A stretch of 64,000 nt of DNA from a virus (taxonomy: Duplodnaviria > Caudoviricetes), in the IMG/VR virus record IMGVR_UViG_3300001765_000076, positions 1 to 64,000 of that record. One strand, given 5' to 3'. The translations under genes were made by a program, and so were the position numbers. Shown here piece by piece: positions 16,657-26,361 of this stretch (position 1 is its first letter; each line of letters begins with the position of its first letter). The notes under the pieces are model-generated. The model searched no databases. It was not told where the DNA came from and saw only the letters and a program-made list of their open reading frames with translations.

Positions 16657-17964
16657 ATGCCTAATGAAAAAATAACCACAGAAGAATTTATTGAGAGAGC
16701 TAGATTGGTTCATGGAGATAGGTATGATTATAGTAAGGTGGTGTTTGTAAATATATCATCTAAGGTTATAATAATATGTTCGGTTCATGGTGAATTTGAA
16801 CAGTCACCCGATAAACATTTAAGAAAAAGAGGTTGTCCTAATTGTGCTCACAATAAAAAGAAAACACAGAAAGAGGTCGTTTCTTTATTTGTAGAGAAAC
16901 ATGGTAATTTATACGATTATTCAAAAGTCGTTTATGTTGGTATTGAAAAATATGTGACTATAATTTGCAAAAAGCATGGAGATGTTTCCATAATACCATC
17001 TAACCATATAGCTGGTTCTATTTGTCCGAAATGTGCCTTGGAAAAAAGAACTGAAAATAAATTTCACACACCTGAACATGTATTGTCTAAATTTAAAGAA
17101 TTACATGGGGATAGATATGATTATTCTAAGGTTATTTATATTAATAATAAAACTAAAGTTGAAGTTATTTGTAAGGAACATGGTTCATTTATGGTAACAC
17201 CAGTTTCCCATTTGCAATCTAAAGGGTGTCCGAGATGTGTGAAACATAAAAATTTTACAGTTGAAATTGTTAAAGAAAGTTTTATTAAAAGGCATGGTCT
17301 AAAATATGATTATTCGTTATTTACCGAATATAAAAGAAATTCAGATAAAATAAAAATAATATGCCCAGTTCATGGCGTGTTTATAACTACTGCATCTTCA
17401 CATGAGCAGGGAAGTGGGTGTTCAAAATGTGCTGGTACATATGTTTATTCTCAGGAAGAAATGATTGTACATTTCAATGAGAAGCATGATAATTTTTATG
17501 ACCATTCACTAATAAACTATGTGAATATGAAACAAAAAATAAAAATACTATGTCCAATACATGGTACTTTTGAGCAATCACCATCAAACCATTTATTTCA
17601 AAATGGTTGTCCTAAATGTAGAATGTCTACTGGCGAAAAGCAAATTGAAAAATTATTGAAGGTTGAATGTATTGATTTCGTAATGGAAAAGACTTTTGAA
17701 GATTGTAGAGATAAAGCTATTTTACCTTTTGATTTTTATTTACCAAATAATAATATATGTATCGAATATAACGGAATACAACACTATAAACCCATAAAAT
17801 TTTTCGGTGGCGAACCATCACTTATAACACAACAAAGACATGATGAGATAAAATTAAATTATTGTAAAGATAATGATATTAATTTCCTAGTAATAAAATA
17901 TACTGAAAATGTTGAAGAGAAATTAATTGAATTTGGCATTATAAATAAAAAGGAGAGCGTTTAA
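16657..17964 (+). CDS. free-standing homing-endonuclease-like protein: about six DUF723-like zinc-finger repeats plus a C-terminal PD-(D/E)xK domain
   Basis: repeats of HG-x2-YDYS...IIC-x2-HG-x-F...H...GCPxC; LPFDFYLP...CIEYNGIQHY. Confidence 0.8.
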   Translation: MPNEKITTEEFIERARLVHGDRYDYSKVVFVNISSKVIIICSVHGEFEQSPDKHLRKRGCPNCAHNKKKTQKEVVSLFVEKHGNLYDYSKVVYVGIEKYVTIICKKHGDVSIIPSNHIAGSICPKCALEKRTENKFHTPEHVLSKFKELHGDRYDYSKVIYINNKTKVEVICKEHGSFMVTPVSHLQSKGCPRCVKHKNFTVEIVKESFIKRHGLKYDYSLFTEYKRNSDKIKIICPVHGVFITTASSHEQGSGCSKCAGTYVYSQEEMIVHFNEKHDNFYDHSLINYVNMKQKIKILCPIHGTFEQSPSNHLFQNGCPKCRMSTGEKQIEKLLKVECIDFVMEKTFEDCRDKAILPFDFYLPNNNICIEYNGIQHYKPIKFFGGEPSLITQQRHDEIKLNYCKDNDINFLVIKYTENVEEKLIEFGIINKKESV

Positions 17965-17978
17965 GTTCTCTCCTTTTT
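17947..17978. terminator. bidirectional terminator
   Basis: AAAAAGGAGAG...CTCTCCTTTTT between convergent genes. Confidence 0.7.
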
Positions 17979-17989
17979 TAATTGTTGTT

Positions 17990-19570
17990 TTATTCGATAG
18001 TAGTATACTCAATACCATCTTTTGTATACCAAAATATAATGTGTTGGAATTTCCCTAATTTATTGATTATTCCCATCGAATTCGACCAGGAACTTAAGCC
18101 GCGATTGTAATTTAACCGTAACCCCGAAAAAGTTCCCACGACGCAGCATCCTGATTTTCTGGCAGTTGTGTGCTGATGGCCTATCACAGCCTTCACACCA
18201 AGATTGGAGAAGGCAGCGGTAGATCCCTTCGCCCCGTTCTGCGAAGCGTGCCCATGTTGTGATAAAAGATACCCATTCACAACTATATTATCATCTTCTG
18301 TTAAGCATTTGATTTTTGGGTAGTGTTTATTTACTACGTATGGAACTACACCATTTTTAGCTTCACCTTTTAACATAGCTAAAGAGTATTCCATATATGG
18401 TATTGCGTTCTTAAATGTTGTTAGGCGCTTCCAATCGCTCGATTTTAGGAAATCATCAATATGGCGTTCATGGTTTGATTTTACTATGTAAGAATTATAT
18501 GGCTCCACAAATTTAAGCCATTCTATCATTTTATCTAGCTCCTCTTGCAGCGAATCATTACCTTCAGTAAATAATTTATGTAAATAGAACGGATCTTTTA
18601 AATTATGATATGATATTGAATTTGCCGATATGATATCATGCATAAAAATGCTTTTTGGGTATAATTTTTTAAACAAGCCATTAAAGACTAGGTTGCAGAT
18701 ATCTATGTTTGTATCTGGGCAGTGAACGTCCCCTAATATCGCTGCATCAACACTTTCAACTCTATTTACATTACCATCTTTTACGTGATAAAACATATCA
18801 ATGAACTGTCCATCTGCCTGTGCTGCTACTTGCCTAAAAAAGAAAGTATCCTCGTCTTTGATTTCGACCAAAGCAAAACCAGGTGAAAAATGAAAACTAG
18901 CTTTCTTACCAGCCTTGCTATCTAGGAAATTTTCATTTGTACAACACCCACTTGAAAATATAAATTTATAGTTACTTGAGTCTAAACCAGCAACTTGTTT
19001 TAGTTCTATTTTTGGATGTCCAACAATACTTGAATGTGAACCAGTCATAGACTCTAGTGATGACAATGGATCTGGTGCGGTTGGTTGTATCTTTATATCG
19101 GCTAAAACACTTATTTTGTTATTTAAATTGTGTCTATTTAGTGTTAGATGAGGAACTAGCTCTGGATTCCACCAGTCATCTTTCTTATTTGATGTAATAG
19201 ATGTTGGGTTGTGGTATCTAAATGGGATAACCAAAATTTCAGCATCTAGTTTCTTTGCATACGCTTGCATGTTAACCCATAGCTTATGATTTATTGTTGT
19301 AGCGTTTTGAGCACTTGTAATTAAATAATATTTTTTTGTTTTATTATGTACTTTTTGTTTTGCTACCTCAATTTGTTCTGGTACGACATCTACCTTATCC
19401 TTTATACCTAACTTTACCAACCATTTCCTCATGGAACGTTCTGAAACTGAGCGACTTACCAAATCTAGCATCATATCTATTCGTTTGTCCCACCCAATTT
19501 CTTTTTTATAGTATGTTTCTTTAATTTTAGAAACAAGCTCACTATCCTTTTCTAACTCTTTAAATTTCAT
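17990..19570 (-). CDS. calcineurin-like metallophosphoesterase
   Basis: LGDVH, MHD, SNHERH, SQHGH, IGHQHT metal-binding motifs. Confidence 0.75.
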   Translation of the reverse strand: MKFKELEKDSELVSKIKETYYKKEIGWDKRIDMMLDLVSRSVSERSMRKWLVKLGIKDKVDVVPEQIEVAKQKVHNKTKKYYLITSAQNATTINHKLWVNMQAYAKKLDAEILVIPFRYHNPTSITSNKKDDWWNPELVPHLTLNRHNLNNKISVLADIKIQPTAPDPLSSLESMTGSHSSIVGHPKIELKQVAGLDSSNYKFIFSSGCCTNENFLDSKAGKKASFHFSPGFALVEIKDEDTFFFRQVAAQADGQFIDMFYHVKDGNVNRVESVDAAILGDVHCPDTNIDICNLVFNGLFKKLYPKSIFMHDIISANSISYHNLKDPFYLHKLFTEGNDSLQEELDKMIEWLKFVEPYNSYIVKSNHERHIDDFLKSSDWKRLTTFKNAIPYMEYSLAMLKGEAKNGVVPYVVNKHYPKIKCLTEDDNIVVNGYLLSQHGHASQNGAKGSTAAFSNLGVKAVIGHQHTTARKSGCCVVGTFSGLRLNYNRGLSSWSNSMGIINKLGKFQHIIFWYTKDGIEYTTIE

Positions 19571-19628
19571 TTTTCTTTCTTCTTTTTTAAATTTAATTAT
19601 TTATTTTTATCTTTACTCATTTCATATT

Positions 19629-20276
19629 TTATTTCTTCAACAATTCCAATATTTCTTTTTTTATCCTTTTTTTTCTACCTTGAACCTCTTCGAAGGTGGT
19701 CAACTTGGCTCTTTCGGCTGTTTGTTCGGCTACTATTTTTTTACATAATTCCTTGTTTCCAGTACACATTTCCCTATTGTCTTTGAATACTTTGATTCTT
19801 TCATATGTACATGGTAGTTGTTCGTAGTCATATACAAATAGTTCGATTTTATCCGAATTTTTCTCCATTATCTCTAAAATCCTTTCTTTTGAGCCATTTC
19901 CATCTCTTTTATCTCCACCCATTACAGTAGTTGCTACTTTTAGTCCCTGAAACTGATTGTTAGCCGTTTTAAGACACTTTTCTAGTGCTTCGTAATCTAG
20001 GTAGTCTTTTACTAGATCTGGCCTAAAATTATACCCATATACAATAAAACACAATGAAAATGCTGGGTTAGTTTCGTTGGTTGTGATTCTTTTGCCTAGT
20101 TTGTTTCTATCTGCGTATTTTGTTGTTAGATTTAAATTATAAGTGTGTGGGTATGTTTTCCTTACTTTTGCTTGAAATCCACCACTCATTTGATGATAGG
20201 TATTTACTCCGACTAGTATTACATCGTATTTATCAACATCTTTTATTAGATCTATATCTTTAATTATTGTAAGCAT
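19629..20276 (-). CDS. macrodomain (Appr-1''-p / ADP-ribose processing) protein
   Basis: DLIK...DVILVGVNTYHQMSGGFQAKVRKTYP...DYEALEKCL...TVMGG. Confidence 0.65.
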   Translation of the reverse strand: MLTIIKDIDLIKDVDKYDVILVGVNTYHQMSGGFQAKVRKTYPHTYNLNLTTKYADRNKLGKRITTNETNPAFSLCFIVYGYNFRPDLVKDYLDYEALEKCLKTANNQFQGLKVATTVMGGDKRDGNGSKERILEIMEKNSDKIELFVYDYEQLPCTYERIKVFKDNREMCTGNKELCKKIVAEQTAERAKLTTFEEVQGRKKRIKKEILELLKK

Positions 20277-20447
20277 TTATTTTGATATTTTCAATAAGAA
20301 TGTGTTAATAGTGTCCTGTTGATTCAATATAGTTGTGATTTGTTTTATTTCTTGCTTGTTTTCTTTAATTTGTTCTCTAAAGATATAGTTTTGTATTGCG
20401 ATTGCACATACTATAGCTAGGATTAGTAGAGATTCTTTTGTATCCAT
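20277..20447 (-). CDS. 56-aa membrane-anchored coiled-coil peptide
   Basis: translated by hand MDTKESLLILAIVCAIAIQNY...; stop abuts the macrodomain ATG. Confidence 0.55.
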   Translation of the reverse strand: MDTKESLLILAIVCAIAIQNYIFREQIKENKQEIKQITTILNQQDTINTFLLKISK

Positions 20448-20507
20448 TGTTTTGTAATTTTATGATGCGATTGAATATAGTTAACTCAATCGCATCTTGT
20501 TTTTAAT

Positions 20508-20888
20508 TTAAAAAGGTAAATCAGAATCACCTTCGTCCACTACATTACTTTTACCACCTGACATTACTGGTCTAGTAGTCGTATTCATCATGTCTGAACT
20601 AGCCGTTACACTACCATCTTTTACTTCTACTTTCCAAACACTTAAACTATTGAAAGTTCTACCATTGTATTCACTTGTTTTAGCGTTATACAATACATCT
20701 ACATTCATTCCAACTGAAAGTCCTTCGATTACTTCTGGTTTGTTAAATGCTTCAAAAGCGATTGAATTTGGATACTGATTATCATCTTCAACTACGATAG
20801 TTGTTTTTGACCATTCCCCTTTTGCACTTTTGCCAGTCTGAGGTTCACTGATTTGGGTAATTTTACCCACGAAATTTAAATTTGCCAT
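20508..20888 (-). CDS. DUF3127-family OB-fold, SSB-like protein
   Basis: GKITQI...G-x-S-x-KGEW-x-K...QYP-x2-IAFE...SEYNGRTFNSLSVWK; acidic DSDLPF tail. Confidence 0.8.
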   Translation of the reverse strand: MANLNFVGKITQISEPQTGKSAKGEWSKTTIVVEDDNQYPNSIAFEAFNKPEVIEGLSVGMNVDVLYNAKTSEYNGRTFNSLSVWKVEVKDGSVTASSDMMNTTTRPVMSGGKSNVVDEGDSDLPF

Positions 20889-21041
20889 TTTCTTTTTTTT
20901 TGTTTTTTAAATTAGTTATTTATTTTTGTTTATTATTTTATTTTTGTTCAATGAATAACTCTGTTCGCGTACAATGAACATCAGTAAAAAGTGAACGGTT
21001 GAATTTAATTTGTTATTTTGTTATTATTTTTGTTTCTCACC

Positions 21042-21050
21042 ATATTTATA
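21042..21050 (+). promoter_or_regulatory. putative late-promoter motif ATATTTATA
   Basis: 22 nt before ATG 21073. Confidence 0.6.
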
Positions 21051-21072
21051 GTAAATAAATACTTATAATATT

Positions 21073-21411
21073 ATGGATAATATACTTGCTATGCAGTTAC
21101 TTGAAGCTAAGATAAACAAACTTGTTGAACAAGTTGTAAATGAGGCTAAGAAAAAGGAATCTGATGATACTGTTGAAAATACTAAGGCTTTTACAAAAAA
21201 ATATGCAGCTATTCAAAAAGCTCTTGCTGATCCTAGTAAAAATGTAACACAAATTTTTGTTAAAGCTGGTATTATTAAAAGTGCTGGTGATGATGCTGGT
21301 AGATCTCTCGCTTTCAAAAAACTACACCAAGAAAAAAATCAATCTGGTGATAGTAGTTATAAGTTTGATAGTAAACAAGTTAACCGTTTATACGCAGCTA
21401 TATACCAATAA
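21073..21411 (+). CDS. hypothetical late protein (possible head component)
   Basis: LLE/LVE/VNE motifs; preceded by the late motif. Confidence 0.65.
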   Translation: MDNILAMQLLEAKINKLVEQVVNEAKKKESDDTVENTKAFTKKYAAIQKALADPSKNVTQIFVKAGIIKSAGDDAGRSLAFKKLHQEKNQSGDSSYKFDSKQVNRLYAAIYQ

Positions 21412-21429
21412 AAACTAATTAATGATTTT

Positions 21430-21468
21430 AAATTGACCTAGACTAATTTGTTTTCTAGGTCAATTTTT
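21430..21468. terminator. bidirectional terminator
   Basis: AAATTGACCTAGA...TCTAGGTCAATTT. Confidence 0.8.
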
Positions 21469-21824
21469 TATTTTATAGTTTTTAGTAAATCAAAATCAAC
21501 TAGTTTTACGATAAATGCTTTCCCTTCTTCTTTCAACATGAACAACATGGCTGATTTTTCACCATTTTCACTTACTGTTTCTACCTCTATTAGATGTTTT
21601 AAATCTTCATATTTTTTTAATACGCTAGATACTCTATATTTAAAACCGTTTACTTCGCTTAGTGATAATTCAAATGCCATATATTCAAAATCTTCAATAG
21701 AAAACTTTGTTTTGTGTATTGCTTCAATTTCTGAAATATAACCAGCATCATCCATATAGTTAAATATGGCGAATTTTAGTGGTTTAAACCCTTTTTCTTT
21801 AATTTGTTTAATTAATGTTTTCAT
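21468..21824 (-). CDS. hypothetical protein
   Basis: 118-aa ORF. Confidence 0.65.
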   Translation of the reverse strand: MKTLIKQIKEKGFKPLKFAIFNYMDDAGYISEIEAIHKTKFSIEDFEYMAFELSLSEVNGFKYRVSSVLKKYEDLKHLIEVETVSENGEKSAMLFMLKEEGKAFIVKLVDFDLLKTIK

Positions 21825-21862
21825 TTTTTTTATATTATTTGTAATTTATTTCTCTAAATCAT

Positions 21863-21871
21863 ATATTTATA
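21863..21871 (+). promoter_or_regulatory. putative late-promoter motif ATATTTATA
   Basis: 17 nt before ATG 21889. Confidence 0.55.
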
Positions 21872-21888
21872 ATAAAAAATTGTTTATT

Positions 21889-21993
21889 ATGGATAATATA
21901 CTATTAGAGGGTTGTGGATGCGGTAAAAACACTACTACAAGTCAACCAAAGCAACAACCACCAGTTAACCCAAACGGAACTGTTAGGATTTAG
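21889..21993 (+). CDS. 34-aa peptide with GCGCGK motif
   Basis: MDNILLEGCGCGKNTTTSQPKQQPPVNPNGTVRI; has its own late motif. Confidence 0.55.
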   Translation: MDNILLEGCGCGKNTTTSQPKQQPPVNPNGTVRI

Positions 21994-21996
21994 AAC

Positions 21997-23085
21997 TTAT
22001 TTATTTATTGAATTATAGGCGTTGTTGGAAATCAAAATCATTTGTGGTTTCCCAATAAACTCATATAGGTTTATGCAATTACAGTATGACATTGCTGATT
22101 TTAAATAGTCAGTAAAATTTTCTGTCCATTGACTCATCGTGTATTCAACTATCTGTGTTCTTTCAATACCTTCAGATGTCTTAATTATAGCGTTTCCCAT
22201 CTCTTTCTGAGCCCTTTTAGTAGACATACCGTAGAAAGTCTTATGAAACTCTTTACAATCCTTAAAATCGTTTAAAATGCGTTCTGAGTATTGATCGACT
22301 ATTTCGAATGTTTTACCTAAATATTGAAATCCTGGTGTATTTTCTGTAAATGGTTTATATGTTGTTTCACCAGCACTCTCCAACATTTTATTGAAAACTG
22401 AACCACACATTACGTAGTCCGCCCCTAAAGCCATCGCCTTTATTGCGTCTGAAAAACCTTTAATTCCCCCATCTGCAACTATTTTTGCTGGTTTTTTTAA
22501 ATTTAGTGATTTTTCGTAACAATCTGCAATTAGGCTAGCAATTGGATAGTAAACGCCTGTATTTGAGGAGGTTAAACAAGCACCACCCGTACCCACAGAG
22601 CATCTGACATAGTCACAACCCGCTTCACTCAATTCAACATAAGTTTCTGGGTTGGCGATATTTCCAGCCATGATAATTAATTTATCACCAAACAGTTCTT
22701 TTGCTAGTCTTATCGATCTATGTAGTGACTGAATTCCACCGTGAGCTGTATCAATTAATACTTTTCTAACCTTGTTGTCTTTTATCTCATCAAAACCAAA
22801 TAAATTATCAAATTCAACCAATGAAAATGCACACCACGTTTCAGTACATAACTGTTTTCTAGTTTCTATATCAACCGTTCTTGGTATAATCGCGTTTATT
22901 TTATTTTCCTCAAATAATTTATAATTATTTAAATCAACTACACTACTCATAGGCGCAGTAAATAGCGATAACATGCCATTTTCTGATAATACATTTATTT
23001 CTGAGCGACTATCAATTGTTGAAAATGGAGCTGGGATGATTGATACATCTTGTAAGCCATATTTTATATTTTTTGTATTTAACAT
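21997..23085 (-). CDS. guaC: GMP reductase / IMPDH-family oxidoreductase
   Basis: TAPMSSV, IDTAHG, AGNIA, VGTGGACLT, VADGGIK, ALGADYVMCGS, FYGMST; no CBS domains. Confidence 0.8.
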   Translation of the reverse strand: MLNTKNIKYGLQDVSIIPAPFSTIDSRSEINVLSENGMLSLFTAPMSSVVDLNNYKLFEENKINAIIPRTVDIETRKQLCTETWCAFSLVEFDNLFGFDEIKDNKVRKVLIDTAHGGIQSLHRSIRLAKELFGDKLIIMAGNIANPETYVELSEAGCDYVRCSVGTGGACLTSSNTGVYYPIASLIADCYEKSLNLKKPAKIVADGGIKGFSDAIKAMALGADYVMCGSVFNKMLESAGETTYKPFTENTPGFQYLGKTFEIVDQYSERILNDFKDCKEFHKTFYGMSTKRAQKEMGNAIIKTSEGIERTQIVEYTMSQWTENFTDYLKSAMSYCNCINLYEFIGKPQMILISNNAYNSINK

Positions 23086-23176
23086 TTAGTGTTTTTAGTT
23101 GTGATCGTTATAAATTTTAAAAAGGTTATTGTAATAGAAATTACAGTAATATCCATTACAATAACCAATTAATTTA

Positions 23177-23614
23177 TTATTTCTCCAATTCGTACTTATA
23201 AACATCTAGGATATTGGTCTCAACAATAGCTGTAATTTCGTAATCAGCCATTGTACCTTTCAATCCCTCTTGTAGTCCGTCCCACGCTTCTTTTACGTTG
23301 TTCGCTTGAACCATCATAACATTGGTTGTTTTCTTTTCAACTCCTTTGATTTCATCCAATGTGATAAATGCAACCTTACAGCGATACCATTTATCACCAT
23401 TTTCATTATAAAACATTTCGTTGATTTTTTCTCTTTTAATTGCAGCCGTTAAAAACTCCCCGCTAATAAAAGGTTTCAACTCTTCATTTACTCTTGCTTC
23501 CGCTTCTGTAAAAGACAATGCATCAAATAGATACTCTTCACCAATTTTTTGGATTTTTCCTTCTTCCAGAGTTTTCTCATACTTTACTTTAACATTAAAC
23601 CATTCACTGCTCAT
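23177..23614 (-). CDS. DUF4494 family protein (Bacteroidetes-type)
   Basis: EWF-x-VKVKYEK...YLFDALSFTEAEAR...KWYRCKVAFITLDE...VETNILDVY. Confidence 0.85.
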   Translation of the reverse strand: MSSEWFNVKVKYEKTLEEGKIQKIGEEYLFDALSFTEAEARVNEELKPFISGEFLTAAIKREKINEMFYNENGDKWYRCKVAFITLDEIKGVEKKTTNVMMVQANNVKEAWDGLQEGLKGTMADYEITAIVETNILDVYKYELEK

Positions 23615-23729
23615 TTTCTTTTTTGTTTTAAATTAATTATTACTATTACTAAATTTATTTATATCTCTTTATATTTTACTTGTTAGTACTGTTTAAACCG
23701 TATCTACGTGTTCATTTCCAAATTCATCT

Positions 23730-23761
23730 CAAATGTACGAAAAACTTTCCTATAAACCAAT
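23730..23761 (-). promoter_or_regulatory. Bacteroidetes sigma-type promoter
   Basis: minus strand ATTGGTTTATAGGAAAGTTTTTCGTACATTTG. Confidence 0.7.
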
Positions 23762-23785
23762 TTTTGATAGTTAAAAGATACTAAA

Positions 23786-24685
23786 TCATGGTCTTGTGCT
23801 TGGTCTGACTATTTTTGTCCTTGCCCAGCCAGTTTTTAAAGCTATTTTCTCTATTAATTTCTCTCTATTTGTATCTCTACAAAACCCAGAAAAAAATACT
23901 GATTTGATTTTTGCTTTAATTATCTCTTTCTCTAGCTCGTTATATAGTCTAATAGCATCTTCTTGACATTTACATATTACAATATCAAAATCTTCATCGG
24001 AATCTATTACCATCTTGTTTTTATAGACTGTAATTCGTTTCATTGGGTATTTTATTTTCTCTATACCTTTTATTAGAAAGTCATTCAAAATCCAATTGAA
24101 ACTTTTTCTTTGTGAGCTCGGATTGAAACCATAGACCCAAAAACTTTCCTCCATAAGAAAATCTGCTTTTTGATTTATTATCCATTTTTCTGAATTTGCT
24201 TTATTTGGTGCGAATTGACCAATTTCGTTACGTAACATTGATTCGTTGTCTACGAATTTTTTATTTAATTCCAACAACAATAACTCGTATTTTGCTTTAA
24301 TTTGAATATGATCTCTACTTGAAACTTTTATTGGAAACCTGACATCTTTTTTGTTTTCCTCTATTATCTTATTGAATTTAAAAAGTGCATCTTCTTTTTC
24401 ACTAGCGTAACATATCTCAGTCATTTTTTTATTTTGACTTACAATCATTATTCTCCATGAAGTTATATTTTTCCTCTCGGTTGATATACCCTTTTTACGT
24501 TTTCTTTTTAATTCGGCTTCTCTTATTTTTTTATTTCTTTTGTTCCGATATACCCTTGTTTTTTTTAAATCTTTTTGTTTTTTCTTTTCATCTTTGATAG
24601 CCTGTTCTTTGGCTTTTTTCTCATCTTTTTTTTGCTGCTTTAAAGCCATCCTAGCCTTTATCTCAGCTATTTTTTCTGGAGTCAT
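23786..24685 (-). CDS. hypothetical protein with Lys-rich N-terminus
   Basis: 299-aa ORF. Confidence 0.7.
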   Translation of the reverse strand: MTPEKIAEIKARMALKQQKKDEKKAKEQAIKDEKKKQKDLKKTRVYRNKRNKKIREAELKRKRKKGISTERKNITSWRIMIVSQNKKMTEICYASEKEDALFKFNKIIEENKKDVRFPIKVSSRDHIQIKAKYELLLLELNKKFVDNESMLRNEIGQFAPNKANSEKWIINQKADFLMEESFWVYGFNPSSQRKSFNWILNDFLIKGIEKIKYPMKRITVYKNKMVIDSDEDFDIVICKCQEDAIRLYNELEKEIIKAKIKSVFFSGFCRDTNREKLIEKIALKTGWARTKIVRPSTRP

Positions 24686-24935
24686 CGGTATTTATGAAAT
24701 TAAACTTTATATCTCCTATGTTTATTATCACCATCTCCCCTTGAACAAAATCAGATTGTTTGACTTCTGGGTTGTTTTTAAAGAAATACTCCTCATCTAA
24801 TTGTCTTAGTTGGTCTTTCTCTAATTCAAACGATATAGTTATATTATCTTTCTTTGTATCTTTGAGTATTTCATTGATAGTCGTTGAAATTTCATATAAT
24901 TGGTTGTTTGTTGGTATATTATATAGTTTTTGCAT
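24663..24935 (-). CDS. hypothetical protein
   Basis: ORF in operon chain. Confidence 0.6.
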   Translation of the reverse strand: MQKLYNIPTNNQLYEISTTINEILKDTKKDNITISFELEKDQLRQLDEEYFFKNNPEVKQSDFVQGEMVIINIGDIKFNFINTDDSRKNS

Positions 24936-24937
24936 TT

Positions 24938-25159
24938 TTACAGTACATTTAATAGTTTATCAATAATTACGTTCCATTTCATTTTAAAAACTTGGAATTT
25001 TGTTAGTCTGATTGGGTTCTTTAGACGATGTATTATATCATTACCTAGACCACCAGCATTTAGTTCTTCAACTAGATTGTTTTGATATATCTCTAGTTTT
25101 TTATTTAGTACTAATTTCTCCGTTTCAAAATCTTTAATTTCTTTTTCTTCGTTTAACAT
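24938..25159 (-). CDS. hypothetical protein
   Basis: ORF in operon chain. Confidence 0.6.
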   Translation of the reverse strand: MLNEEKEIKDFETEKLVLNKKLEIYQNNLVEELNAGGLGNDIIHRLKNPIRLTKFQVFKMKWNVIIDKLLNVL

Positions 25160-25164
25160 GACTT

Positions 25165-25554
25165 CTAGTTTTGATTTCCTCGTTCAAAGTATTCCTCTAT
25201 ATTGTGTATCAACCAGCTAGTACCACTTGCTATTGCACTATCCAATAAAATGATTACTAATATAATAACAATAGCCAATGACCCACTATAACCAGCTATA
25301 AATGAACTAAATAACATATTCATTGGTGTAAAACTAAATTGTGGTATTAGAAATAGGTTTATACCTGATAATATACCACCAACCCATGATGGAAAACACA
25401 TCATACAACTAAATAACTCACCAAATTTATCACCTATTTTGTTTGCTTTCTCTCTCCACCATTTAAACACATGCCATGGTCCATTTGAATAAACAACCAT
25501 ATTTGATAGGCCATAACACGCTAGTATAAATACCAATAAACTTAATATCTCCAT
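25165..25554 (-). CDS. membrane protein (DUF1360-like, CxxC)
   Basis: TM segments; LFSCMMCFPSWVG. Confidence 0.55.
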   Translation of the reverse strand: MEILSLLVFILACYGLSNMVVYSNGPWHVFKWWREKANKIGDKFGELFSCMMCFPSWVGGILSGINLFLIPQFSFTPMNMLFSSFIAGYSGSLAIVIILVIILLDSAIASGTSWLIHNIEEYFERGNQN

Positions 25555-25558
25555 AATT

Positions 25559-26044
25559 TTATAACTCTATTTTTGAATTTGTTAGTTCATCATTTTCAAC
25601 CAGTAAGCCTCGGTTTTCTTCTTTTTTATTTCCTTTGGTTATTTTTGGTTGGTTATTTTCCTTTGCATTATTAAATCCAAAAGTTAGGCGTTTTAGATCC
25701 TCTAAGGTTGTTTTATCAAATAAATCATTTAATTCAGCAATTTTAGTTTGAAATAAATCGAATTTAGCTTTTTTATCTAAATTATGTTTGATTATTTCCT
25801 GAGCGAAATCGCATAACCCAGATAAACCTATCTCTCCAACACCATATAGTTCACATTCACCAGTTTGTTGGTTTATGTTAGGTGTTATCGAGTATTTGAC
25901 TTCTTCTACTGGATATAAATCCCAACCATTAGGTATTTTTATTTTTAGTAATTTGAACGTTGTTATTTTCCCTTGCTCATTCGGTGCGTCCATTACACTA
26001 TATCCACCGAAATATTTTCCCAGTGCATTTATTTTATCATCCAT
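25559..26044 (-). CDS. hypothetical protein
   Basis: 161-aa ORF. Confidence 0.65.
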   Translation of the reverse strand: MDDKINALGKYFGGYSVMDAPNEQGKITTFKLLKIKIPNGWDLYPVEEVKYSITPNINQQTGECELYGVGEIGLSGLCDFAQEIIKHNLDKKAKFDLFQTKIAELNDLFDKTTLEDLKRLTFGFNNAKENNQPKITKGNKKEENRGLLVENDELTNSKIEL

Positions 26045-26068
26045 CGTTTTTGTTTTTATTTGTTTTAA

Positions 26069-26260
26069 TTAAGCGAATATGCACGCAAAGATATAAGCGA
26101 TACTAAGCCCTATGTATAATAGTTCTCGGTCGCTAGTTCCAGTTGGGGTATCTGTTCTTAGTGCTTTGTAAAGGTTTAATAGATTTTTTAATACGATTTG
26201 TATTGCGAAAAATAAGATAAATACTTTTATGAAAAGTAGTACTGCGAATAATGTTACCAT
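26069..26260 (-). CDS. small two-TM membrane protein
   Basis: two hydrophobic segments. Confidence 0.6.
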   Translation of the reverse strand: MVTLFAVLLFIKVFILFFAIQIVLKNLLNLYKALRTDTPTGTSDRELLYIGLSIAYIFACIFA

Positions 26261-26306
26261 AACGTTTTATTTTTTTATTATTTATTGTTTAATCCCTAAT
26301 TCATCG

Positions 26307-26338
26307 CAAATGTACGAAAAATAATCGAGAAAACCAAA
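26307..26338 (-). promoter_or_regulatory. Bacteroidetes sigma-type promoter
   Basis: minus strand TTTGGTTTTCTCGATTATTTTTCGTACATTTG. Confidence 0.8.
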
Positions 26339-26361
26339 TAATAGATGAAAAACTTTTTGTT

